NCBI GenBank assembly: GCA_026025075.1
Contig: JAPEUI010000016.1
Coordinates: 124,001-188,000 of the forward strand
Direction: 5' to 3'
Origin: Vezdaea acicularis
Taxonomy: Eukaryota
Length of the DNA stretch: 64,000 nt
How positions within the stretch are numbered: the first letter of the stretch is position 1; the number at the start of each line of letters is the position of its first letter. The notes beneath the pieces were generated by a model that had not been told where the DNA came from, did not search any database, and saw only the letters and a program-made list of their open reading frames with translations. Below, one piece after another: positions 1-10,620 of the stretch. Made by a program: the position numbers and the translations under genes.

Positions 1-2
1 CG

Positions 3-215
3 CTTGGTCGTGTGCAGGATCGCGATGGGCGGTTGAGCTATTTGGGGTTCTTTACCGGGACGTATGTGCAGCGGTGTTTGCTTGTCTTGCTGGCTGCGGC
101 TGAGGCTGAGGCACAGGGGAATACGCAACAGCAGCAGCAGCAGCCGGCGCGGTTGGCGGAGGGGGTACAGCGCTTGTTGATGGCGAGGGAGAAGGTTGGT
201 GGGGTCTTAGTGTGA
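3..215 (+). CDS. Probable 3' end of a gene entering from outside the window (unknown product, poly-Q stretch)
   Basis: Frame is open from the window edge (LGRVQDRDGRLSYLGFFTGTYVQRCLL...EKVGGVLV*) with coding-like codons, followed by a microsatellite. No family recognised. Confidence 0.4.
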   Translation, partial: LGRVQDRDGRLSYLGFFTGTYVQRCLLVLLAAAEAEAQGNTQQQQQQPARLAEGVQRLLMAREKVGGVLV

Positions 216-241
216 GTGAGTGAGTGAGTGAGTGAGTGAGG
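212..241. repeat. (GTGA)n microsatellite
   Basis: Seen directly: about 7 perfect tetranucleotide units. Confidence 0.95.
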
Positions 242-463
242 AGTAGTGCAACTCCTCCTCCCGCCGCTGCAAACTCTCGACCCTGCTACTCCCGCCGGTG
301 TACCACCAACAAAGCATTCACGGAGCGGCAGGAGCGAGAAGAGGGTTTGTTCCACCAGTCTACGACTACGGCCAGCGCGCTTGGCCTGCAGTTCCCTGGT
401 TCTTCCCCTCCCGAGGCGGCCTTCAGATTGACGAAACGAGTTATGGAAAAGTGACGTGTGCTC

Positions 464-568
464 GATAAAAGAGAGACGCATGATGGATAAAGATAGACGC
501 CCGATCGATAAAAGAGAGACGCCTGATGGATAAGGAGACGCATGATGGAACAGAAAAGGCGCATGATG
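464..568. repeat. Degenerate ~21-bp minisatellite, 5 units (GATAAAAGAGAGACGCATGATG-like)
   Basis: Units start at 464, 486, 507, 529 and 548; aligned by eye. Confidence 0.8.
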
Positions 569-1240
569 AGCTTTCTGTGCCGTTTTGGGGGATGTACGAA
601 GGATATGGGATATGTGATGTGGTATTGGATACTGAATATCGGCGTACGGATCACGTCGTCCGAAGAGCTAACGAGTTCTCCTGGAAATACGACGAGCTTC
701 ACGAAGCCTCAAGACGCAAGACGCAAAAACGCAAGACACGACGCCCTTCTCAAAACCTGACGAGCCACCTGCACAAAGAAGCGAAATGAAATCCACGCCC
801 GCCGTCACCGGGACGAGCGGGTGCGGGAAGAGCGGAGTAATGGGACGGATGACTGATCGACGATGTATGTTACTACCCTAGCGAAAACGAGCTGGGTTGG
901 TGAGACGCGTGATGCGCTAGGTTGGTTTTGCTTATGGTCGTATGGTATGTGGGGGGGAGGTGTATTATTATCTGACTTCTGAGTCATCTTGTTGTTGTTG
1001 TTTTGCCTATTCTTTTTATGCATTTTTCCGTCGCAATCTTTCCGCCTGCATCTTCCTTTCCTGTTTCGCGCTTTCGCGCTTTCTCGCCTGTGCGAATTTT
1101 CTCTGATTCCTTTTCTCCTGTTTTTCTTGTCTCTACTTACCCCCCCCTTTTTTGGGGGGGGGGAGGGAGAGTTGTTGTATGTGGTTGGTTTCGCTCTTGT
1201 TGGGGTCGTTGGTTTCGTGGTGTTGAGTTGTTATTGTCAT

Positions 1241-1287
1241 CTTCTGCTTCGTCAGCTTCTGCTTCTGCTTCTTCTGCTTCTGCTTCT
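1241..1287. repeat. (GCTTCT)n imperfect hexanucleotide repeat
   Basis: Seen directly. Confidence 0.85.
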
Positions 1288-1823
1288 TTGATATGTCGAG
1301 TTTTGTCATAATAATGTGGTACTCATGTGGTACTCATGGGAGAGGAGAGTGGATGGAGCTCATCGTCGTGGGGGGTTGGGCGGGGCTCATTTGTACTAGT
1401 ACTAGTCATATTCTTAATAATTCCCACACCATCCATACTACTTGCATTCGATCTACTTGAGTCTACCTCCTACCACGTCCTAGGCTTTAGATGAGTGTGT
1501 GCGTGTCATTCTTCCGTTTGTGTGTTCATCTCTACGCAGCACGCAGCCCGCAGCACGTATATCTCGCAAGAACCCCCCGTTTGTACATATGCATACATAC
1601 GCATATATCTTCCCTTCTCACCCTTTCCCCCTTCCCTCGCCCTTATTCCGCCTTTCCCTTTCCTTTCCCCTCCCCCTCACTCCCTTTCTCCCGCCCTTCT
1701 CCTTCTCCTCCTCCGATATATCCACACTCACTCCCCCTTCTCCCCCCTCTCACCCCCTTCTCCTCCCTCTTCCCCTCCCACTCTTACCCCCCCCCCCCGT
1801 CGATCCAATTCACGAATCAAGAA

Positions 1824-2435
1824 TCATACCCCTCCCCCACCAGACAGCCGTCCCAACCCCTTCCCAGGCGGCAATGGCTGCGGTTGGATCGGCTCTGGGA
1901 TAGGCTCCGGCGCTGCTTCTCTCCTCTCAACGTCTGAGACAGAAGGGGCGTGGCGCCCAGGCGGAAGTGGTTGTGGGTTCAATGGTTCCGCTTCTGCAGC
2001 ACGACCTGAAAGTCGATCCCCACCTCCTCTCCCGGGGGGCAACGGCTGTGGCTGAATCGGCGCTGCTGCCCTCCTCTCAACCCCCTCCGCTTCCCTTCTT
2101 TCAACGTCCGAGCCAGAGGGAGCATGGCGCCCGGGGGGGAGGGGTTGTGGGTTCAGTGGTTCCGCTTCTGCAGCACGGCCGGAGAGCCTGTCTCCTCCAC
2201 CGCGGCCGGGAGGGAGGGGTTGTGGTTGGATAGGCTCAGGAACAGGCAAGGGAAGAGCGGCACGACTGCCGATCACGATATCTTTTCCTTTTCCTTTTGG
2301 GAGAGCACTGTCCAGGAGGAACGGGGATTAGGATGATGTTGGGGATGGATATGGTGGGGAAAGGAAGGGGGAGGGGCCGGCTTACATGGTGAGACCCGTG
2401 AGGGCGAGGAGGAGGATGAGGGGGGAGGGACGCAT
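1824..2435 (-). CDS. Secreted Kex2/Ste13-processed repeat peptide precursor (KEP-like), five (IQ/LN)PQPLPPG cores; exons 2435-2386 and 2307-1824
   Basis: Exon 1 encodes a signal peptide, MRPSPLILLLALTGLTI. The intron GTAAGC...CCTAAT...CAG joins it in frame to the repeat ORF (ALPKGKGKDIVIGSRAALPLPVPEPIQPQPLPPGR...). Basic sites RR/LxxR are followed by X-A/X-P dipeptides. Confidence 0.85.
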
Positions 2436-3097
2436 GGTGGTGTTGGGTGGGCGTTTATTCAGTGGATGGGATGGGGATGGAGATATGCTTCAACGAGCAG
2501 AAGTCCTGGGCAAACGGGCGGGGACGGAGGGGGGAGAGAGGGGCTTATATGGTAGACGTTGACAGGGAAAAGCCAGGGGGTCAGCCTAACCACATGAGCA
2601 CTCAACTGAAGGGATCCCGGTCACAGGAGAACACCGCGCCTTGCACAAAGTTTGCATGAGAAGGAGAGCAAGTATCCCAATAAAGGTGCCAATAGCCTTT
2701 GATTCCTTCGAAGCTCTAAAGCTTAGTTCAGCCCTCTTCCTCGAGCTGAACGAATGAAAAGGGGGGGGGAGAGGCTTAGCTGCGCCCCGCGTTTTGGATC
2801 TCGCGGGCTGTCGCGGAATTTGCCGAAGGCGCTGGACCGCAGCAGATAGAGGAGAGTTACAGCGAGCGCGTAAGGGCTTGAGAGGCTGCGCATGGCATCT
2901 AGGATTCCGCCAAGCCCCAGATTCATACTCGGCATTTCGTGCGTTGCGTTGCGTTGCGTGCGTAGCGTTCAGAGAGAAACAACGACAAGGGCTCGCTGGG
3001 AAGCAAGACGACTCCTGGTGGCGGGCGCCGTTCTGGAACCGGAATATTCCCCCCCCTCCCATCCAACGATGGAAAGTTCCGATGAGGGACATGGAAG

Positions 3098-4016
3098 TCA
3101 TCCATCGCGTGGTTTTCGGGCTTCGTACAGTTTATTGATGTCGGCGATGAGATCCTTGGGTGCGCTGCCGCCGGGGCAGTCGTACCATTCGCCGTCGTCG
3201 CGGATGCAGCGGATCTTGTTGTCGAGACGGATCTATTGCGGACAATCGTGTGAGCAGGACTTTGACAATTCTACACGACGACTGAGGGACATACCGTGCA
3301 ACTCTTGGTGACGCCGGCTGCAGCGCTCCTCTTCACGCTGTCCCGGAGCATCCCTATCGCGCGGCCGTCGCTGTCGCTCATACAGCCGTTGAGCCGGTCG
3401 AAGCTCAGCGCGTGCTCGAGCGCGCAGTCCTCGATCAGATCTTTGTCGGGGATCTTCTTGTATTCATCTGTCAGGCACATCGTGAAGCCCAGGTAGATCT
3501 TGGGGTCGGGGTATTCGGCGGCCGCGCACAGCTCGATCATGTTGCCCAGGCACTCCGTCGGGCCGTGCTTGCAGCTGACGCCGTCGTCGTTGTCCGTAGG
3601 TCTAGATCAGAAGACATATCAGCACATGCGTACGGTATATAGACTACAAAAAGCGGAAGGTGGTTGTGAACGTACGTTCCAATGTATGAGAGCGTGAAAT
3701 CGACTTTGTCAGAGACCTGCTGCATCGCCGGCAACACCAGGTCACGCAGACAGTCTTTGGCATCGGGGCACTTGCTCATGATGTGTGCTTCCAGCGGGAT
3801 CTTGTCGCCCTTGCTAAGAACATCTTGAAGCTTGTCGGACCGCTCGAGGGGGACTGGCATCCCATTGACCTGTGTGACGGAGAACAGGTAGTAGATGACC
3901 GCGGCCAACGAGATCACCACCACGAGGAGAGACGTCAAAAGGGTCCGCTGGTAGCTTCGACTGCCTTCGTCGTAGGAAAAAGCCTTCTCAATCTCGTATC
4001 GCGTCTTTCTAGGCAT
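3098..4016 (-). CDS. Gamma-interferon-inducible lysosomal thiol reductase (GILT) family protein; exons 4016-3676, 3601-3295, 3232-3098
   Basis: N-terminal TM anchor; LEAHIMSKCPDA active-site motif; CKHGPTECLGN signature; KSCT|IRLDNKIRCIRD C-terminus. Confidence 0.9.
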
Positions 4017-4495
4017 CTTGGAGGATATGCAGAGTCCAGCTATTCGAGGTTGAAAACGTTGGTACTTGGGGAAATTCGAGAATCCAGGGCTGGTCACGGC
4101 TAAAGCTTCCGTTCTTTCGCCCGCTCCCCGCTTGTTTTATCCGAGCTTCCGCGATCTGCGGCGCGGGAATGGCATTCGAGAAAGGCGATAGAAAAGCGTG
4201 CTCCTCTCGATAGTGTGTCCTTAATCGTAGAAACTCCTTACGGCAACTCCCAAGGCCAGCAATTCGGACTCGGGCTCAGCGCTGGTGCTACGCGAGAGAT
4301 ACAATGAACTTCGTAGTCCGCCTCGCCGTCGAAGCCACATTCAGTAGCAGGCACGACCTGCCGAGTATGCCTGATATGTTTACTGCCGCAGAGAGTCCAC
4401 AGCCGGCGGCAAACACCTCTCGATGCCGATAAGATGTCGGAATACCTCAAGATCAACAACACTCAAAAGAGCTGGTACAACGGGCCTCCTAAATC

Positions 4496-6134
4496 ATGGA
4501 GAGCACCGACCCTCCCATCCCTCTTTCCGTCGGCGTCAAGAAAAGATTAAGCACCTTCAACATCACAGGCGATACCATGCACGATCTTGCAACCGAGTTC
4601 TCAAAGACATACAAACTTCTATCACGGACATCCGAGACACAATTCCTCCCGACCCCGATACCCTCGTCTGCTCCGTCTGGAAAGGAGCAGGGTTGGTACC
4701 TTGCCATAGACATTGGCGGTACGAATTTTCGAGTGGCCTTTGTGAAGCTCTCAGGCCATAGCAAATGCGACACCTGGGGAGAGAGGATATGGCCCATAAA
4801 GGAGGCTCTGAAGCTTGACAATGAGGAGTCACTGTTTGCCTGGATCGGCCAATGCATAGCAGGCGTGGTGGACTCATTCATCCTCCACCGGAAAGCTTCC
4901 TCCAAGGCCGTCCCTGACGAGATACCAATGGGAGTGACATTCAGTTTTCCAATGAAGTGAGTCCTCGCTCCAGCTATGATTCTGCAAGTTGCTGACGCAA
5001 ACGTGCATCAGTCAGAAATCCCTCTCTGAAGCTACGTTGATGCCCATGGGGAAGGGGTTTGCATTCTCCTCGAAAAGCGACCTCGGGACACTACTCCTCA
5101 GGGGTTACCAGTCCGCTAAGACGAGTTCCGACAAGGAATTGCCGAGCTTGAAAATAATGGCTATTGCAAATGATGCCGTTGCAACATTAGTGGCATTGAG
5201 CTACCGCGTCAGAGCCGAGCCATCAGGCCGGGTGGTCCTTGCAGTCATCTTAGCGACGGGGAGCAATGCCGCCATCTCGTCAAATAGGGTGAAATGGAAC
5301 AAGTCAGCTCCCATTCCGCCTAATGATCATGAAGACGCGCCCCTCGACGACTACAATCACATCATCAACACAGAGTGGGGCCTTTCTGGGGCCGCTGGTC
5401 CCCTCAAACAGCTGGGACTAGTCAACCCATACGATGAGATCCTCGACGGCATGAACGAGACTCCCGGCTTCCAGCCCTTCGAGTACATGACCTCTGGCCG
5501 GTACCTTGGAGAATTGACCCGCCTTGCGGCTTTGGACATCTTCTCAGAAGAGCTCGAGTTCGAGACATGGGAGCTCCCCATGATCATGACATGTAAAAAC
5601 GGCCTGACTTCAAAGTTTCTTGGTATGAAAGTTACGGAGGAGCAAGATGTCAGGAAGCTGTGCTCAGTTCTCACCGAGCATCTCCCGCCAAGGAGTCTTC
5701 CTGGGCTGCCTACGACGTTTTCTTGGACGCCCCCGATCGCACAGATATTTCAACTGATATCCCGTCGTGTGAAGCAGAGATCGGCTATTCTCATTGCTGC
5801 CGCCATCGTTGGTCTTCTCGACGCTTTCGGAGAAATCAATCTCAAACCACGCATCAATGATCTTGGGGAACCCAAGCTGGAGAATGGTGACTTGCATACT
5901 TGCTCCGATGCTCAAGCTGAAGATATCGTGGTGGCCTGTGCCGGAGGCGTCATCTCGAACTTCCCAGGCTACCGCGAGACATGCCAGACATACATTGATA
6001 AACTTATGCATCAACAGGATCCGGGTCAACCTTTCAGGCGTATAGTACTTCGGGACACGGTAGACGGTGGCATTATCGGTGCTGGCGTTCTTGCCGGCAC
6101 GGCATCTAATCTGGAGCAGGCAAGGCGAATTTAG
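4496..6134 (+). CDS. Atypical hexokinase-family protein (HxkC/XprF/Nag5-like); intron 4957-5011
   Basis: YLAIDIGGTNFRV, MGVTFSFPM|QKSLSEATLMPMGKGF, NDAVATL, ILATGSNAA, INTEWG, FEYMTSGRYLGE and DGGIIGAGVLA motifs. Confidence 0.9.
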
Positions 6135-6434
6135 GAAAGGTTATAAATTATGCATCGCAGCATTAGACGCTTTAGATTGGATGGTATGGCGCTAACGATT
6201 TCTCTCATACATTGCGATCTGTCTCACCGGCGTCTTACTTCATTTACTAGAAAGGGAAAGAAAACGTTTGTTAATGCATTTCATGGTTGATTCGTCTTGT
6301 GCAACCTGCTAGCCACAAGTCATTTCGTACCTCTCAGCCCCGCAGTCCCTCATCACCCCCGTCCTTGAAGACAATATCAGGGACGAGGCCACACTCTTAC
6401 CACTTCCAGCCCCGGGTGCTTGCTCTCGGTGTAA

Positions 6435-7116
6435 TTACCTCAGCTTCGGCGGAGCAACCGTCTGCACAGGAGTTCCGTAGACACTTGGACTCTTGCCGCT
6501 CACGCTCCGATTCGAACAAGGCCCCGAGGTCGTCATATAGAACGTAAGACAGGCAGTCCGACATCCACAAGCAGAGTAACTCGTGACCGTCCGCGTCGTC
6601 GAACAAGCGTCTTCCGCACATGGCGCCGTGATCGTAGAAAGGAGGGCGCATTCAGGCTCCTCACAGCCAGTGGAATTGGTCTTCAGTGGACACGGCGGCT
6701 GAACATGGACAGTCTCTGTATAGCAGGACTTGCAGGGAGTTGGAGAGACGGTTTGGGTGTTGATGCCACAGCCTCTGTCGCAGGTTGTGGGGCAGGGCAG
6801 GGTCTTCGTTTTTGTGCCTGTGGTGGGACAGGCGGAGTCGATGCAGGGCGGGGTGGTGAATGATTGGATGATGCATTCGGGATGAGGGCAGATTGGAGTT
6901 GGGTGGTGGCAGTGGCGGGGGGTCGTGTAGGTGGTATAGTGGTAGCAAGACCGGGGCTGGTGGGTGGTGATGGTATTGTTCTTCCCATTGTCTGCCTCGA
7001 CGAGCAAGGTTGTTCTGTTTATTAAGTCAGAAGTGAGGTGCGACAAGATTACATTTGGGGGTAGCGGACGTTAGGAGTACCGCCATGATGAGGCTGATTT
7101 GCAGAGTTGAATGCAT
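6435..7116 (-). CDS. Small secreted Cys/Thr-rich protein with two tandem 10-Cys repeats (exon 1 about 7116-7053, exon 2 about 6991-6435; acceptor uncertain)
   Basis: Signal-like MHSTLQISLIMAVLLTSATPK, GTAATC donor, and a downstream ORF with 20 Cys in two aligned units. Confidence 0.65.
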
Positions 7117-7917
7117 TTTGTTGTGGCAATGGATGTCTAGGATTTGTTACTTCTTTGGGACGTATCTATGTGTGCTTGGAAAATGTATACTGGATGGTGT
7201 TATTGTTAGTGTGGGTTGAGGAGCAAGTCGAGCGAATGAGTTTTCTAGGGTTCCTAGGGTTTCACAAGAGGAACAGTTGAGCCGTGGACTGTCCATGCAT
7301 ACGAAGCCGATCATAGCAATCCCACCGAAACACCATTGGCGTTCCTGATTAGCCTGCATACACATGTATGAAAATGCTAGGGCCAGTCTTCCTTCGGACA
7401 AACAAGCTTTCAGACCGCCTTTTTGTGCCCGCGTTACTTGCATGAAGGTACCCGGATGGATCGTGCATGGCGGCTTCCTGCATTAGGCCTTGGGCTACGA
7501 AGCTTGTTCTCCTACCGAACTAGGTACGGGAGAAATTCAACAAACCTACACTACCCTACCAATAAATTAAGCGTTGGAAGCAAAACCATGCAGCGATGTT
7601 TCTGTAACTTTCCCCCCGAACAGAGATGAGCTCTAGGGGCGTTTCGCTGCTATCAGGACACCCTGCATGGCATTCTGGGAAGGAGGTTGGGAGCTCTGGT
7701 CATTCCGCATTAGCTTATTGAGAAACACAATGACAGTTGAATCAGCAATGTGTTTGAAAGATTGGATTCGTATGTTCGCTCAAGGTCAATGAGCCTTGGT
7801 GAAAGGAGCTAGACGGTTGCAACCCCCTAAGGTTGCTTGGCAATCTACCTCCACATTACACATAGAGTACGAAATCGCTCCGCCAAAGCTCGGAAGGGTC
7901 AGATTGAAGCCAAGCCA

Positions 7918-8368
7918 TTAAAGAAAAGAGCACCAGCCTCTATCCACATCTCCCCCATCGCTTCCGTTGCTGGTGTGGCTGGTGTGGATGTCTAGGAAGC
8001 TGAGACGATTAGCGAGTCGTCAGCTCTCCTATGATGATGACGCTATGCATACTGTGGGAAGGAGCGCGAGAGAGCTCGATAGATTCGCCCTTTGATTCAT
8101 GAGGAAATAGCTTGGCAAGTTGCTTCTCGCGGATCAGGAGCTGCCTGGTAGGAATCTTTGTCAGAGTGAAGGCTTTTCGGAGCATCATGCACGGTACATA
8201 CTCTTCGGAGGTGAGACCGGGGATGTCGGGGATTTCGACTTTGTGATAGTTGGTCGGCCCAGACTGCCATTCGTTAGCATGTGAGATTCGGTTAAGCAAA
8301 CAGATACTTACAATCTCGATAACCCTTTCCTTGGACTCGGAGGAGGCTTTTGAGTGAATGCAGCCCAT
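7918..8368 (-). CDS. Small (~95 aa) N-myristoylated protein with a CRIB-like ISGPTNYHK motif; 3 predicted introns
   Basis: MGCIHSK N-terminus; introns GTAAGT..GCTAAC..CAG (48 nt), GTATGT..CTGAC..CAG (57 nt) and GTATGC..GCTAAT..AG. The last exon depends on acceptor choice. Confidence 0.6.
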
Positions 8369-9111
8369 TTTTGCAGCGTTTTGAGTGTTTCTGGGAAGAT
8401 ATATGTTGAAATGGTGAATGTTGATCTGGTTGGAAGAAAGTTCGGGAAATTTGAGGACGGTCTTGCTTAGAAGCAATGCAAAACGCTCGCAACGCTACGC
8501 TAAAGGGGTGACAATACGATATAGAAACTGCATGCTATAGCTGCAAATACACAACAAAGGACTTTTAGGCGCTCAAAAAAACACTTTTATTGCGAGGTTT
8601 AAAGATTTCAACGCTTGGAAGCTATTGAAGCAGGTTGAAAGGACAGTGGCTGCGCCGGGCATTAAGAGGTTCTTCACTCGACGCGCGCTTACGGTCTAGG
8701 CAACTGGAAGCATTTGCACGAGCTTGGAAAGAATCCAGCCTAGGCTAAGGAGAGAATGGCACTGCAGGTATCCCTGCAGCGATAAATTGCATCCCTTGGG
8801 ATGGCAATGTGTGAATCGAGAATGGGAATGTCGCTAATGCTCTGACGGGCACCCCTTGCTTCCGCGCAATAGCCGATGATGTCCGAACTTCGAGAAAGGA
8901 CTTTCAACTAAAAGAAGATCGACAAGGAAAGAAAAAAGTCTCATAAGCCCGCAAGGGGGCCACGTGTGGTTCCTGGATCTGTTACGGAGCTTTCCGCGCC
9001 ATGAGGGACAATGGAAAGAATGTTCCGAGACTAGTATCTGCAAGGTATGAAGTCTGTACAAGCCTTCTAGAGAACTCTTCTAGAATGGGAAAGCTACTTT
9101 AATTTAAAAGC

Positions 9112-10620
9112 TCACTTGGGGTAATTTTTGATGTGGAAGCTTTTCAACTTCACGAACTGCTCGAAGCCAAATTTACTCAGTGTGACCCCTCTGCCAGAGT
9201 TCTTCCAACCAGTCCAAGCTAGGTCCTACGATGATGTTAGCATATACCCAGGTCATATGCCACCCAACTGCGAGTACATACTGGGCTTGGGTAGTCACAG
9301 CGGTTCACGAAGACAGTGCCAGCCTCAACCCCTTCTGCTAACTCCTCGCCTTTAGCAGTGTCTTTCGTCCATATGCTCGCCGTGAGACCGAATTCGCTGT
9401 CGTTCATCAATGAGATTGCCTCCGCGTCATCCTTGACCTTCATTACTGGTATCACGGGTCCAAACGTTTCCTCGGTCATGACTATCATGTCGTGGGTGAC
9501 ATCCGTAAGTAGGGTAGGCGGAAGAAAGTTGCCATCTAGCTCAGGCAATTCAAAATGCGGTGTCTTGTCTTGAGCACCTTTGGCCAAAGCGTCTTGGATG
9601 TGGGACTTGATCGTAGTGAGAGAACGCTTCGAAATTACCGGGCCGAGGTTCGTGCCTTTGTCGAACGGATCTCCTATCTTGTAGCCTTTGAGTACTTCTT
9701 GCACCGCATGCACAAACTCATCGTGTACATTTGCATCTACGTAGATTCGTTCCAGACTGCAGCAGCTCTGCCCCGAATTGAAGACTGCACCATCCACGAT
9801 TTCCTCTGCGGCCCATTTCAAATCTACATCGGCTCTAATGTATGCTGGATCTTTGCCACCGAGCTCAAGGCCAACCGGGACAAATCTATCTGAAGCAGCC
9901 TTTTGAACGGAAAGTCCCACGGCCACGGACCCTGTCAAGCAGATCAACTTGATCTCAGGCGCTCGAACGACCGACTCCAAAATCGACTGGGATCCGCAAT
10001 GGAAGTATTGAATGACGTTCTTGGGAAGCCCGGCCTCGATGAAGATCCCCTGTACTTGTTCTGCTATGGTTGGAGTTTGTGGTGAGGGTTTGATGATGAC
10101 CGAATTTCCAGCAAGCAAGGCCGGGATGAGAGAATTCACAAGGATGAGGTACGGGTACTGTGGTATCAGAGTCAGAGAACGTGAAAGGTTGCTCCGCTGA
10201 TAGAAAGCTACTCACATTCCATGCGAAAATAATCAGCACTGGCCCTATAGGCTCCTTCCGGATGAATCGTCTAAACCCTTTCTCGGGTTCTCCTTCTGTA
10301 TCCTTCAAGGAATCTCCGCCAATCTTGAGCAGATACTCGCCTCTCGCAACTGCTGTAGTGATTTCCTTTGCAGTATATGCAATGGGTCGTCCCATCTGCT
10401 CGGTGAGCTCTTTTGCCAATTCATCCTGCTTGTCGGTGAGGAGCTTCAGCGCCTTCTTAACGATGGCTTGTCGTTCTGAAATGGTCGTCTTCTTAAACGA
10501 CAAGAAGGCTTCAGTCGCTACCTTCGGCAGAGCTTCAATCTCGGCATTTGAGAGACCATTGCGGACGACCACTGGCTTGTTGGTTGTCGGAGATATAGTG
10601 GTAATTTTTTCGACGGACAT
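9112..10620 (-). CDS. NAD(P)-dependent aldehyde dehydrogenase, 2 introns
   Basis: IFAWN|YP, IKPSPQTP, LTGSVAVG, LELGGKDP, NSGQSCC, EETFGPV and WTGWKNSGRG motifs. Confidence 0.95.

Noticed and set aside
464..568. CRISPR-like array
   Set aside because: Eukaryotic DNA; the units are contiguous and degenerate, with no unique spacers and no cas genes.
563..635. Possible C/D snoRNA (ATGATGA ... CTGA)
   Set aside because: Box C is part of the minisatellite; there is no terminal stem and no rRNA complementarity I could recognise.
805..1311. K/R/N-rich ORFs on both strands
   Set aside because: Low-complexity, built on microsatellites and homopolymers; the frame breaks at the C7T6G10 run; no recognisable domain.
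1491..2055. Plus-strand Pro/Ser-rich ORFs, including GNGCG repeats
   Set aside because: Antisense shadows of the peptide precursor and the polypyrimidine tract; synonymous-site pattern supports only the minus-strand frame.
1824..2435. Alpha-factor-like mating pheromone or dikaritin RiPP identity for the precursor
   Set aside because: The cores lack the W/C/GQ pattern of Pezizomycotina alpha-pheromones and aromatic cross-link residues; no DUF3328 or tyrosinase gene is in the window.
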